Positions 9,100-21,352 of a DNA stretch of 64,000 nucleotides are shown here, piece after piece. The position numbers were made by a program, and so were the translations under genes. How positions within the stretch are numbered: the first letter of the stretch is position 1; each line of letters starts with the position of its first letter. The DNA comes from Eledone cirrhosa. Its lineage: Eukaryota. The DNA lies in the NCBI GenBank assembly GCA_964016885.1, contig OZ024742.1, positions 178,250,001-178,314,000 of the forward strand. The letters are read 5' to 3'. The notes beneath the pieces were generated by a model. That model made no database searches, was not told where the DNA came from, and saw only the letters and a list, made by a program, of their open reading frames with translations.

Positions 9100-11409
9100 T
9101 TAGCTTGGGTTTGAATTTATCAATAAAATTCTTTCTTTGATTTTTCTCTTGATTTCACTTGGGTTGTGTAATTTGTAGAATGGGAATATTATAAATATTC
9201 CCTGACCACATGTTGCCAGGTGGCCGCTTAGGGGTATCTGACGGACATTTGGGTCTCTGATTTGTTGACGGTGTACCCGTGCACGTTCCGATAGTGCATT
9301 TCCAGTTTGACCGACATATAGTTCTTCACAATTCGGGCATTTAATGCAGTAAATTAGATTTCTGCTTTTGCAGTTCATATTTGCATTTGGGAATATTTTT
9401 CCAGTTTTTGTTTTCATATATTGACCGGCGTGTATGGATTGACATGTGCCGCATCGATTATCATTGCATTTAGATACAGTGAATGATTGGTCTTTGTTGT
9501 TAAGGTCAAACTTTGCTTTTGTTAGCAATTGCTTCAAATTTTTTGGCTGTCTTTTACTAAGAGTCAAAGATCGATCTGTGATTAAGCCTTTTAATTCATT
9601 ACTTTGAGCAATGATCGGTAGGTTTGCTTTGGCAGTGTTGAATATATTCTGGTGACATGGGTTGTGTGTCATTATAAATGGTATGACCAGTTCTTGGTTT
9701 CTTCTTCCTTGGGTTGTTCTAAGTTGTTGTATAGGTATTTTTATAGCCCGCTGTATGCCATTTTCTATAAGTAGAGATGAGTATTTTTGTTTGAGCAAAA
9801 ATTCTCTTAGTTCTGTTAGGCGTTTGTACCTGGTATTCGTATCTTCTACAATGGTACAAATTCTTCTGGCTAGGCAGTATGGGATGTTGCGTTTTGTATG
9901 AGGTGGATGGCACGACTTAAAATTCAGATATTGATGGGTGTCTGTGTGTTTATAATATATATCCGTGGTAATGGTGGTGTCGTTTTTGATTATCATTATA
10001 TCTAGGAATGGTAATTTGGTCCTACTCATCTCTTTTGTGAATTGGAGAGATGGGTGTAGGTTATTCAGGAGGATATTGAACTCATCCAGAGTATCTAGAG
10101 ATTCTGTCCAGATGATGAAACAGTCGTCAAGGTATCTCTTCCAAGATTTTTCAATGTACTTTCTAAAGTCAGTACTATATTTTTCCTCTATTTTTTGGTA
10201 GAGTTGTTGTTCTAAGTATCCCATTACAGAGTTCGCGTAAACGGGAGCAAACTTCGTTCCCATCGCTGTGCCTCTAATTTGGATGTAATGGATGTAATTC
10301 TTTCCATTGAAGAAGAAAGTGTTGTTTTCCAGAATAAGTTTAACTGCGTCTAATATAAATGGCGCTGTGAATCTAATGGGAATCACTTCTCTGTGTTTTT
10401 CCACCCAGTATTTAACCGCCTTTATTCCTAAATCATGTGTAATGTTGGTGTAAAGGCTTACCACATCAAAACTGAGTAGAAGTGAATTCGTTTCCGTGGT
10501 TTTGGGAAGATGGGACAGGAAGTCGATATCATCCCGGATGAAACTGGGTATGTGAATACATAGTGGTTTCAAAATAATGTCAACAAAATTGCTGAGACGG
10601 TGGGTGGGGCATGTTGGACCAGCTATAATAGGTCTAAGTTTTAAGTCTTTTGGGTGTAATAATTTAATGTACTCACTGTTTTGTTCTCTTACTGCCAGTT
10701 GTATTTCTTTTGACTTATGAACTTTCGGTAGGCCATACATGTTGCTGGGTCTCGGCTCAAAATTGGTGATGTAGTCTCTTTCCTTATCAGTAAATGAGTT
10801 GTGGTATTTTGAAGCCAGGTTGTTGATCTTCTTCATGATGTTGTGGTCTATATTTGACGGTATTTCATGATAGAATGTTGTGTCTTTCAGTTGTTCCTCA
10901 ATCAAATCCTTGTAGTATTCAGTATCCATTATAACAACTGCACCCCCTTTATCTGATTCTTTAATTATTATTGTTTTATCATTTTGTATACGTTTAAGTG
11001 CAGACATTTCTGATTTGTTAATGTTTGGCCTAACATTAGTATTATGTCTAAGAGGAAATTTAGACAGGATGTCAATGTATTGGTCGAGATAGATATTTCT
11101 TCCTTTTGGCGGAGTGAAATTTGATTTATTCTTTACTAGTGATTCATCACTCTCATTATTTTTATCCGCGAAGAATTCTACAAGACGTAATTTTCGACAG
11201 AATTCTTGGGTATCCTCCTTCAGTTCTTGGTGGTTGACTGTTGGAGTCGGTGTGAATTTCAGTCCTTTTGACAGAATTTGCATTTCATAATTGTCAAGAT
11301 CTCTTTTAGATAAATTAATTATTTTAGGATCTACGTGTACAGCTGTTTTGGGTATGTTTCCTCCTGGAGTCTTTCTTTTTCCGGTTTTTGTTGTCCTGAC
11401 GTTAAAAAA
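9100..11409 (-). CDS. PLE pol: reverse transcriptase + Cys-rich linker + GIY-YIG endonuclease (frame is open upstream of the first Met at 11283)
   Basis: IINLS..LSKGLKFTPTP, DKG, YGLPKVHK, LRPII, SFDVVSLYTNI, GTAMG, RYLDD, FLD, CNDNRCGTC, NLIYCIKCPNC..YVGQT..R..H; the last ~12 codons are frameshifted by a 1-nt deletion relative to the inverted copy (KEKNFIDKFKPKLNEQ*). Confidence 0.93.
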   Translation of the reverse strand, partial: FFNVRTTKTGKRKTPGGNIPKTAVHVDPKIINLSKRDLDNYEMQILSKGLKFTPTPTVNHQELKEDTQEFCRKLRLVEFFADKNNESDESLVKNKSNFTPPKGRNIYLDQYIDILSKFPLRHNTNVRPNINKSEMSALKRIQNDKTIIIKESDKGGAVVIMDTEYYKDLIEEQLKDTTFYHEIPSNIDHNIMKKINNLASKYHNSFTDKERDYITNFEPRPSNMYGLPKVHKSKEIQLAVREQNSEYIKLLHPKDLKLRPIIAGPTCPTHRLSNFVDIILKPLCIHIPSFIRDDIDFLSHLPKTTETNSLLLSFDVVSLYTNITHDLGIKAVKYWVEKHREVIPIRFTAPFILDAVKLILENNTFFFNGKNYIHYIQIRGTAMGTKFAPVYANSVMGYLEQQLYQKIEEKYSTDFRKYIEKSWKRYLDDCFIIWTESLDTLDEFNILLNNLHPSLQFTKEMSRTKLPFLDIMIIKNDTTITTDIYYKHTDTHQYLNFKSCHPPHTKRNIPYCLARRICTIVEDTNTRYKRLTELREFLLKQKYSSLLIENGIQRAIKIPIQQLRTTQGRRNQELVIPFIMTHNPCHQNIFNTAKANLPIIAQSNELKGLITDRSLTLSKRQPKNLKQLLTKAKFDLNNKDQSFTVSKCNDNRCGTCQSIHAGQYMKTKTGKIFPNANMNCKSRNLIYCIKCPNCEELYVGQTGNALSERARVHRQQIRDPNVRQIPLSGHLATCGQGIFIIFPFYKLHNPSEIKRKIKERILLINSNPS

Positions 11410-12680
11410 TGAATTTTTCTCTGTTCAGGATTTATATTCCTGTTGGTGTTCGCTTGATGAACTTTTGGTCGTGATATTATATTTGGTTTCGTTATGTATT
11501 TTGTCCTATTTTTGGTATTCTGTATATTATTTTTCTTCCTGTTAGCATTATTTTTAACAATCTGGGAAAATGACCTAGGTTTGCTTTCAGGTTTAGATCG
11601 TTTTTTCGTCCAGTTTCTTGTGGGCAATCTCTGTTGAGATCTTGAGAGTGATCTGGTTATTCTACGTTTTGTTTCCACATTCCTTGTTGGTAGTCTCTGT
11701 TGAGATCTTGAGAATGATCTCCTGGTTTTACTACTTCTCATGGTCTGGTCAAAGGAATACCTATCGTGTTTGTGCTTTTTGTTCATGTTGTGTGCGATAG
11801 GGTGTTTTTGTAGAAAAAGCGAAGAGTTATTACCGTAGTTCTTCTTTGATTCAAGGTAAGGTGAGTGTTTGTGTTGGCACGTGTTCTGGCGTATGTTGTG
11901 TTGATGAGATTGTCCACTTTTAATGCTTTTTATCAGGGTTCCAGAGTCTTTACCGTAATTTGCAGCATATTCATCGAGAAATAATTGTTTCTGCTGCCAT
12001 ACCTTTCTTGATTTGTTTTCTTCTTTTGAGATATCTCCGATCCATAGTTCTCGTAGTTTTTCAGCTATAATACCAGTCGTTAGCTTTGAAATTTCAACTT
12101 CAATTTGGTCATCAATAGCTTCATATTTGGCTTTGTAGCGGGATTGTTTACATTCAGAAATGGAGATGTCGGTCCTGAATGTTTTCAATGTAAGTGCCCA
12201 TCGGAGTTTTGTTTGTTCTTCTGGTTCTCCTGCAATTTCTGTAATTAGGTATTTACGAGGGAGTATGGGTGCCGTTAGAGAGAGCCATTTCGAATGTGTT
12301 TCGACATATTTTTCGCATCTGTATGCTTACCAGAAGTTTTGTTTTCTTATGTTATGGAATTTTTTCCATGTCTTCCACATTTCTTTTCTTATTCGATGTG
12401 TTTTGTTTTCCAAATTTCTTTCGTTTATTTCTGACATCCAAGGGGGTTGTGGTAGGCTTTCTCTTGTATCTTTGATAACTGTTGGTATAATTTCAGCTAA
12501 ATTCTTAATTTCAGAGTTTATATGTTCAGTTATAAGTTTTCCGTCTGTAGATTGTTTTTCTATTTCCTTTAAAATAGAGGATTGTGTGTCCATCATCGTG
12601 ATAAGTGTTGATAATTTCGATGATATCTCCTTTAGAATTCTTTCTGATTCTGTTGGTTTCATTTGTTGCTTTCCAGACAT
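11331..12680 (-). pseudogene. PLE upstream ORF (helical N-part, basic R/S/K-rich tail) with one in-frame TAA at 12327-12329
   Basis: 12680-12327 and 12188-11331 are the same frame with no other stop between them; a homologous remnant lies at 14636-15330. Confidence 0.75.
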
Positions 12681-12767
12681 GTTGGCATATACACAATAGG
12701 AATATATATATAGATATAGATAGGTAAATATACACGGGTGTGTATGATTGTGTATAGAAGATTATAT

Positions 12768-13007
12768 TAATAAGAGGAATTCCAACTTTGTCTGATTTAC
12801 TCGTTTTATTTACAATCCTTTAAAATATATATAATGGTATTATAATGAAATAGTATGATAGAATATTAAATTCTAAGTGTTAATTGAACAAGTACTTTCA
12901 TGCTTTCGCAATCTTCAGGTTCATGATATGTGGTGACAGTCGAGTTTGCAATTTTCAACTGTAATGAGATGGGTAAATTTCCTACCTTTTATACATTTTA
13001 TACAGAG
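12768..13007 (-). repeat. Partial 5' pseudo-LTR (direct repeat of 8559-8798)
   Basis: Near-identical sequence. Confidence 0.92.
12885..12923 (-). ncRNA. Minimal hammerhead ribozyme in 5' pLTR
   Basis: Identical to 8676-8714. Confidence 0.75.
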
Positions 13008-13320
13008 CATTTATAATATTCCCATTCTACAAATTACACAGACCAAGTGAAATCAAGAGAAAAATCAAAGAAAAGAATTTTATTGATAAATTCAAACCCA
13101 AGCTAAATGAACAATAATAACGCCTAGGGGTATTACTTCTACTACCACTATGACCACGACCACTAACAACAACAACAACAACAATAATAATAATAATAAA
13201 AGTGATGTTGATGGTGATGATTAATAGAAAATGCTATTTTCATCATTTCAAAAAGCAAAACAATTGATACGTTGGGTATGACTATTGGTCGTTAGCATGC
13301 TCAACCAGCCGTGACGCTTA

Positions 13321-13460
13321 AACCAATCAGCTGTAGTAATTCAGTGAAACTACACACTGATTGGTCGAAATACAGTTTACAGGGCTTTGCATTCTGGAGC
13401 CACTTTTCTCTGTATAAAATGTATAAAAGGTAGGAAATTTACCCATCTCATTACAGTTGA
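13321..13460 (+). promoter_or_regulatory. Putative pLTR Pol II promoter (inverted CCAAT pair, tandem TATAAAA)
   Basis: ccaatcag..ctgattgg, then gtataaaatgtataaaagg ~65 nt upstream of the ribozyme; motif evidence only. Confidence 0.4.
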
Positions 13461-13491
13461 AAATTGCAAACTCGACTGTCACCACATATCA

Positions 13492-13530
13492 TGAACCTGA
13501 AGATTGCGAAAGCATGAAAGTACTTGTTCA
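13492..13530 (+). ncRNA. Minimal hammerhead ribozyme in inverted pLTR
   Basis: tgaac-CTGAAGA-ttgcgaaagcat-GAAA-gtac-tt-gttca. Confidence 0.75.
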
Positions 13531-13702
13531 ATTAACACTTAGAATTTAATATTCTATCATACTATTTCATTATAATACCATATTATATATATTTTAAAGG
13601 ATTGTAAATAAAACGAGTAAATCAGACAAAGTTGGAATTCCTCTTATTAATATAATCTTCTATACACAATCATACACACCCGTGTATATTTACCTATCTA
13701 TA

Positions 13703-13741
<39 letters not shown>

Positions 13742-13747
13742 GTAGTT

Positions 13748-13785
<38 letters not shown>

Positions 13786-13936
13786 CCCCAAAAATATCCT
13801 TCTAAGTTTTGACCCTATCACACTTACAATAATACACACATATATATATGTTTATATACACACTCACACATACTCTCTAAAACCATATTCCTAAAATAGA
13901 ATTTCTTTTGACAATCCCATATGCCTCTCTCATTTA

Positions 13937-13939
<3 letters not shown>

Positions 13940-14022
<83 letters not shown>

Positions 14023-14023
14023 G

Positions 14024-14088
<65 letters not shown>
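13940..14088. repeat. (TC)n microsatellite
   Basis: Direct. Confidence 0.95.
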
Positions 14089-14091
<3 letters not shown>

Positions 14092-14214
14092 AGCAATTGT
14101 CTCTAGCTAACATTTCCACCCTTCGCCACATCTATCTGAACTCTTGACCAATCCTTTAACACAATTGAGACTATTCCTAAAAATAATTTTGTTCTGTAAA
14201 AAGACACAACTAAC

Positions 14215-15710
14215 AACACTACTACTTCTACTACTACTATGACTACCTCTATATATATATATATATATAAGTTTTCATTTTAGACCCAGTCTTAAAACAA
14301 AAAAGATGCACAGATCTTTTCAGCACTTAATTTCAAATTTTTAATTCTTTTTAATTGTAATATTCATCATTTGATAAGATGGTTTACACTGATACATAGA
14401 AACCGGTTATATTTTTATATTTTATATACATTATAAAACTCCTTTTTTTTTAAAGAATTGTTCCTCTCATTTTTTTCAATAATGTCACTTTGGCGAATCA
14501 AAGAAGAAAGAAGAAAAACAGATCTTTAAATATATTTTCCGTGCTATTTCCAATTCCACTTTTTCTCTATAACCCCTGTTTTGTATAAAACATTACTCCT
14601 TTTTCAAATATCTCAAAATATACAAATCCGGAAAATGGCACTGGAACTCGACAATACAACTACAAATATAAATGAGGGAATCCTAAATGTACTTCAAGAG
14701 ATAAACGGAAAACTCACAATTCTTACAGAAAAACTTGATAAACCACAAAACCCCAACACTGGTTGATAACAACGAAGACAATATTATAACAACCAATAAC
14801 CAATTCAACCTAAACATACAGCACTTATGCAATTCCATGGAAAAACTTATAAATGTTAAAAACTGAACAAGAAACCTCACACCACATTAAAAACAAAATT
14901 GGACACTTTTGGAAAAAAACAACTGAAAACAAGAAAAATCACTTTTTGGAATATGGTGAAAAATATTAACAAAGCGGGAATCTATGAAAAATGGATCAAC
15001 TCTACACAAATAAAACCCATAACTAATGAACCTGAACAACAACGGAAACTACGAGAACAAATGTCACTCAACAAAATGAATATGGAACTAGAACGCTTAA
15101 AATTAAGAGCCACCTCCAATGAATAAAAATACCAGGATATCGACCAACAAATGGAAATAGAATGTGCTAAAAACGCTGAAGGACCAACCCTACAGCATTT
15201 AATTAAATCCTGGAAACAGGACTGCGAGAATGCAGAACTAATTTCACTTAAACGATGGAAAAAATCTGAAAATTGATTTCTTAAATATGAAAAGGATTTC
15301 AAAAGAATACATCACACAGATAACCCCTTTATAAAGAAATTAAACACGACAAGAACCCTCACAGAAACATTCATACCACCAACGCCAACGCGCATAAACT
15401 ACAGACAAAATCCCACTCAACACAAAACAAATTCAACCAACCACAGCAGAAGAAACATACCCAACCACAACAACATAAGTATCCTCAAAAATATCTCCTA
15501 CAGAAACCAACCCCAAAACAACATAGAACCAACCCGCAACATAAATGCCATACACTTCAGAAGAAATCCACCCAGACTACATGAAATTCCAACAAAACCT
15601 TCCCACATTAACAACTACAACACGTATCACCCCCAACATTACAAAAAAGAACCCTATAACATCAACACTATTTATTCCAGAAAATATCCATCCAGACCAC
15701 ATGAAATTTG
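14215..15710 (+). mobile_element. Decayed second PLE: leader plus upstream-ORF pseudogene, RT part absent
   Basis: ILNVLQEINGKLTIL ~ ILKEISSKLSTL; RKITFW ~ RKQNFW; EPEQQRKLR ~ EPEEQTKLR; KYQDIDQQME ~ KYEAIDDQIE; several stops and frameshifts. Confidence 0.75.
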
Positions 15711-15744
15711 AATGAAAGCGAAAGTCGAATAAATCAGCAAAATC

Positions 15745-16520
15745 TCTGCGGGATTTGAACTCAGAACGTTGCCCGACGATCTTCCGATATTTCCAACCCA
15801 CCGCCTTCGTTTATTTAAATAATGGTTTCTGAAATAGGCACAAGGCCAGCAATTTTTGGGGGAGGGGAACGCCGATTAAATCGACCCCATTGCGTTACTG
15901 ATACTTTACGTTATCGACCCCGTAAGGATGAAAGGCAAAGCTAACCTTGACGTGATTTGAATTCAGAATGTGAAGAGCCGTAATTATATGCCACAAAGCA
16001 TAATGCCAGACGTATCCACTGCCTTTGTAACTTAAATAATGGTTTATGTTTTAGGCACAAGGCCAGCAATTTTGGAGGGGAGTGAAAAGTCGATTAAATT
16101 GACTGGTACTTTATTTTATCGACCCCGCAAGGATGAAAGGCAAAGCTATAACCCCGGCGAGATTTGAACTCAGATCATAAAGGACCGTAACTGTATGCCG
16201 CAAATCATGTTGTCCGACGCTCTATCAATATTGCCAATCTACTGCTTTTGTTAACTTAAATAATGGTTTCTCATATAGGCACAAGGCCAGCAATTTTGGA
16301 GGAGAGGAAAGTCGATTTAACAGACCCCGGTGCGTGACTGGTATTTTATTTTATCTACCCCGTAAGGATGAAAGGCAAAGTTAAACTCACCGTTTTTTTA
16401 ACTCAGATCATAAAGGGCTGTAACTCTATGCTGCAAACCATGACGTCCGACCCTCTACCGATACTGCCAATCCACCGCTCTTTTTGTTAACTTAAATAAT
16501 TGTTTCTACTTTTGGCATTT
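15745..16520 (-). mobile_element. Head-to-tail array of tRNA-SINEs (long subfamily): ~15745-15806 partial, 15821-16023, 16040-16245, 16262-16478, stub at ~16500
   Basis: Repeated aataatggtttct..ggcacaaggccagcaat..tcgaccccgtaaggatgaaaggcaaag..gatttgaactcaga..ccaccgcc. Confidence 0.88.
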
Positions 16521-19500
16521 TTGGCAAATTAACACGAAATATTTCTATTTCGTGTTAATTTTTAAGAATGTAAATTACCAAATACAAAATACAAACTTCT
16601 ATTTAATCAGTTAATTATTAAATAATTCAAACTACATAAATGATTAAATATACTGTACCAACCACAATTTTATCCATTAATTGGTATATAATCTTAACGA
16701 CACAAAAAATACACTAGACAAAACACACTTTATATTGAGAATAAGATGTTCTTTAATTCCATGTTTAATTCTAACTACATAAATTATAAACTACACTAAA
16801 TCAACCGCAACTTTATCTGTTAATTATTAAATAATTTTAACCACAAAATTTACAAAATATACCGTATCAACCATAATTTCATCTGTTAATTAATGTACAA
16901 TTTTAACAACATAAAATACACTATACAAAATACACTTTAGATTGTTAATTAATCATTTTTTTTTTATAAACACAAATTCCAGAATACAAAATGAAGACAG
17001 TTTTATCTAGATATTATTTATTTATTATAATTAAAGATAAAACTGAAGTTGAAGAAATATTTCTAGTACATTCGTCGTTAATATAAAAATGTAATGAACA
17101 AACTATCTATATTTGCTTTATTTTTATATTTGGCAATTGGCCATGTCTCTACCTATCTTAGATGGAATCTCGGCTTTCACGAGATTAATAGAGTCCAGTG
17201 AAGCTAAAAAAGTAACGCAATCTGAACCTAAATTTCAATACAGAATCTGAACACACTACGTACTGTAAAGTATGGAATATAAAATTCAATTAATGTATCC
17301 ATAATGAAACAATACCCTTTATCCATAGCGTTCGTCCATTTAAAAGGTGGTTGGGTTTGTAATTTGCGAGAAAATTCGGTACTACTGTCGAACACTAGCA
17401 TCATGGTAATGAATTTTAAATATGAAAAGGCATGAGAGATGAAAACATGTTTGTACATACTTTCGATTGTAAATCCTTTCCTTATTAAAGACTTAAAATT
17501 TATCTAATATATTTTCTCTATGAAACATTGTTTTTATCCAATACAAATATATATACTGGATGTGAGGATTATTTTTGAAGTAACACGACATACTATCAAC
17601 TTTACCAATGCGTGACATTTTCTTCAAAGCAATAGCCAAGGTGAAGGCTAAAGGTATTAACAATGTCGATTATATTTCCATAACGAGAGTATTTAAAGAA
17701 AATAAGTATTGTGTAGAATGAGTTTTAAAGCAGTTCTTTCTCTTCTAAATTCCACTCAACCGGAGGCTATGTTAAATTACAATTCTAAATATTTCAGAAT
17801 TATGTGGTTGCGAAGCGAACTTCTTAACCATACAGTTATAACTGCACTAATGGTATATACGAGAACATACTAGAATGGAGTGATTTGTCCCTCATCTATT
17901 TAACACCACAGAAATGTGTGTTAAGTACCATGACAACCAAGAGAGGATTAACCTTTGAGTGTGAGCATGTGCAGCCTGTTAAATCTTGGGAACGTTGTTT
18001 CAGATGGATTCTAATTTATAGTGTTGTGTATCAAAGAAGAAGGCAGAGTCTCAGACAGATCTATTGCACTTCGTGATAGATATTATATGCTGTGTATTGA
18101 TAAATCTGCTTTCTTAAGTGTTTTTACTGTTAAATACATCATTTGGTTGACATAAAATCAATTACCATTACTCTGCTTGTTTTAATCAACCTAGCAGTTT
18201 CGTGGAAGTTTCGTGGAAGTAAAGCAAATGTCTTGTTTCAAGACTACAAATCAATGTTTGTCACAAGGTGTGAAGGAATTGTAAAGATTGACCTATGTTC
18301 TATTAGTTCAATGCATTAACCTCACCACAGGCCATCATGCAGCTTCAGTGGGCAGTAATTTGGTGTTAATGTAAGTATCAAACAACAATATTCGGTAAAT
18401 ATTACGACATGATACGATAGGAAGTATTGACAAACTTAATTTTACATCTTTATGTTTAAATCTAAATCTAAATAACTTGTTTTCTGCTGTCATATGTAGC
18501 TCAAACGTTTGACTTCTGTTGACATCTTCAATAGAATCTATTCTCATATTCTATCTTATAACATATCAACTTTTCTAGTGTCATTTGCTCTCGGATATGT
18601 TTCAGTCACAGCACTGTTGCAGTCGTGACCTTTCTTTAAGTACTTTAAAACTTGTCCCTATGCTGAAATTTTCAACAATTTTCAATGTATTTCATGCTAA
18701 ATGTTATGACCATTTCATGCCAAACTTGCTAACTTTCTATTTAGCAAATGAACACATTCTAAACGTTGCTTCATTATACATGTCGGTAAAACTGGTTTAG
18801 CAGTAACAAATGTGTTGTTGGACTGTTTCAGTGATATAAAGATATTCTGGTTTCTTCTCTGAAAAAGACCATTCCAAATTCACTGATTGACTCCTTACTA
18901 TATCTGTTCAAGTAATTTTTCTACGTGACTGATTATAAATATCCCAGTGTGTAATAAGTATGATACTTTCTATTGGTTAACAATTTACTTCTTAGTTCAT
19001 TAAGTGCATGCTTCATTGACTAAGAAAATGGTTAATTAGTAATTTACTAAGTAGGCGTAAAAAGTTGCCTTTAGCAAAATATACATTTTCTCTTCGATGT
19101 TTCTGGAATTTTCTATAAAAGTATTTTTCAGGAAATCAGGCCACTCTACCAATAAATGCCAGAGGCAACTGTCTTTATTTAGTCATTATCTAATGAAAAA
19201 GCTGGTAATCTTCTGTGATAAATAGTAGATATTAACACATGAAGTGCTTTCTCATTGTAAGTTGAACAGAGTCAAAGATATATTCAGGCAGAATAATATG
19301 ACAAACTTGAGGTTTTCTGGTTAATCTCGCTGCGTCTATCTGATTAAGGAAAGCACTGTTGTCAAACGAATCACTAACTTCAAGAAAAACCTGAGCTTCT
19401 GTTTTGATTTGTTTCAAATAGCTTCAACTCTCTTGAACCACAGAGTTTCACAAATAATAATATCATTTGGGAAAACATGTCAAAGTTGAGTAAATTATAT

Positions 19501-19664
19501 GCTGTGATCACAAGATATTATGGTTAAGAATATAAAACTGACAGTTTTTGCTTTGTATCAGCAAAATGGATTTATGTAAATTCTCCACAATGAATGAGTT
19601 TTGCGGCAGTTGATTTAACATTGAATAGATCAAAACATATTTTGGTGGCTAAGTGCCAGTCAAA

Positions 19665-19810
19665 GGGCGGTGGATTGGTGGAATTATTAAAGAATCGGAC
19701 GAAACGGTTTGCAGTATCACTGATCCAGTTCTGTGCATAGTGAGTTCAATTCTTGCTGATGTTAACTTTGTCTTTCATCCTTTCAAGATCGATGAATAAA
19801 TCAATAAATA
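19665..19810 (+). mobile_element. Diverged tRNA-SINE, followed by a further head fragment to ~19900
   Basis: ggcggtggattgg..gagttcaa..tttcatcctttc..gatcgat. Confidence 0.7.
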
Positions 19811-19921
19811 CACGGTCGGTCGGTGGTTGGAATTGTTATATAGTCGGATGTGATGCTTTGTAGTGTGTGATCCAGTACTATGCCGACTGAGTTCAATGAC
19901 AACTTCCTTCAGTTAGAATTT

Positions 19922-20160
19922 ATTGGTTATGGTGTTGGACTTACGATCATACAGGGTGCTGTGTTGTTTTCTGGAGAAAACACTTCATTTCCCGTTGCTC
20001 CAGTATAATCAACTGAAAATGAGTACCAACAGTAACCGAGGGTTAAACCATGCGATCAACCAGCATCCTTGCCAGAGGGTAGTTTTATATTCTCAGTCAC
20101 TTAACGCTAAAGAAACCGGGATAAGCATCTGCCTGATAAGCCTCCGGGCTTGAGACAGAC
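19922..20160 (+). mobile_element. Diverged SINE of a second family
   Basis: tggttatggtgttggac head, cacttcatttc..ttgctccag core, gaaaccggg tail; recognised from memory only. Confidence 0.5.
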
Positions 20161-20479
20161 TAACAATATATATGATAGTATTAACAATGGAAAATCCAAT
20201 GGAAAAATTATTTGTTTGATCCGATCTAACCATCGGTTCCTTTCTTTGTTTCTTTTACTGATGTCGTACAAAAATAGCATAACTTGTGTGAAGTTTAAAG
20301 TTAACAGAATTTATGAAAAAGGAACATTTATTTGATACGTAATGTAAATTCAACAAATACAGACAACTCCACTGAAATATATTCCATCTGTTCATTATTA
20401 ATATACACAATAACAGTGAGTAACTATCTCCCATTTTCTCTATAACTCTATATGAGTCCTTATCATATTTATCTATCTA

Positions 20480-20586
<107 letters not shown>

Positions 20587-20845
20587 TTGTCCGTGTCAAC
20601 ATGGAAGACATTCCATTAATTCAATTTCTCTGACAAGAATATGTGTAACTCGGCCAGAAATAGATGACATATTTAAAATTTAATACGTTTGTCAAGTATT
20701 TTAACGACATGACACAAGAAACAATATCAAATAAACAACATCAACAACAACAATCAAATACAAACATAATTCAACTACATAGTATAAATATTTGAAAACT
20801 ATTTAGAAAACCGTCATCTGAAACAAAAAAAATTTATAATAATAA

Positions 20846-21054
20846 TTGTTTCAACTTTTGGCACAAGGCCAGCAATTTGAAGGAAGGAATAAAGTCGATC
20901 AAATTGACTCCAATGCTGTACTGGTATTTTATTTTATTGACCACGTAATGATGAAAAGCAAAGCTAACACCGATAGAATTTGAAATCAGAAGGTAAAGGG
21001 CCATAACTCTATACTGTGAAGCATGGTATACGACGCTCTACCAACCCACCGCCC
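20846..21054 (-). mobile_element. tRNA-SINE flanked by AAT repeats, abutting the Tx1 3' end
   Basis: Same family motifs; aataat run on the left and (AAT)n 21055-21106 on the right. Confidence 0.85.
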
Positions 21055-21073
21055 TAATAATAATAATAATAAT

Positions 21074-21107
<34 letters not shown>

Positions 21108-21352
21108 TTTTCTTTATTAACCACAAGGGTTTACATAAAGTAGACATTAAGGACAGTACAGGACAATACAGGGCGGTACAAATGCGCATTTTTGCGTGTA
21201 AAAAAACAGAGGATGTAATAAAAAAATAACGATGAAAAATTCCCCAATAGAGGGGAGACTTCCGAGGGACATTTGTGGAGAAAGCCCATTAAAAGGCCAC
21301 AGTGACCCTGACCACCAGGGCAAGTGCCCTCTCCCAGTTTTCCACCTTTAAT

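Larger units (their letters stand above)
13010..13705 (+). repeat. Inverted pLTR copy including the GIY-YIG C-terminus
   Basis: Reverse complement of 8559-9198 plus 12712-12767. Confidence 0.92.

Noticed and set aside
14380-14415. GAAACCGGTT (and its counterpart near 8040) as the 3' half of a hammerhead
   Set aside because: No intact CUGANGA box or stem I; at most a decayed motif
15745-16520. Regularly spaced repeats as a CRISPR-like array or tRNA gene cluster
   Set aside because: Units are ~200-bp SINEs with no cloverleaf and no unique spacers; eukaryotic context
16600-16950. Degenerate ~210-bp tandem duplication
   Set aside because: AT-rich and old, with no interpretable signal
17228-17458. 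IEFYIPYFTV resembling GPCR TM5
   Set aside because: Short, flanked by stops, no other helices or splice support
18400-19600. Possible ancient LINE endonuclease on - strand (NDIIICETLW near 19440-19470)
   Set aside because: One motif only; I could not trace further APE or RT motifs by eye
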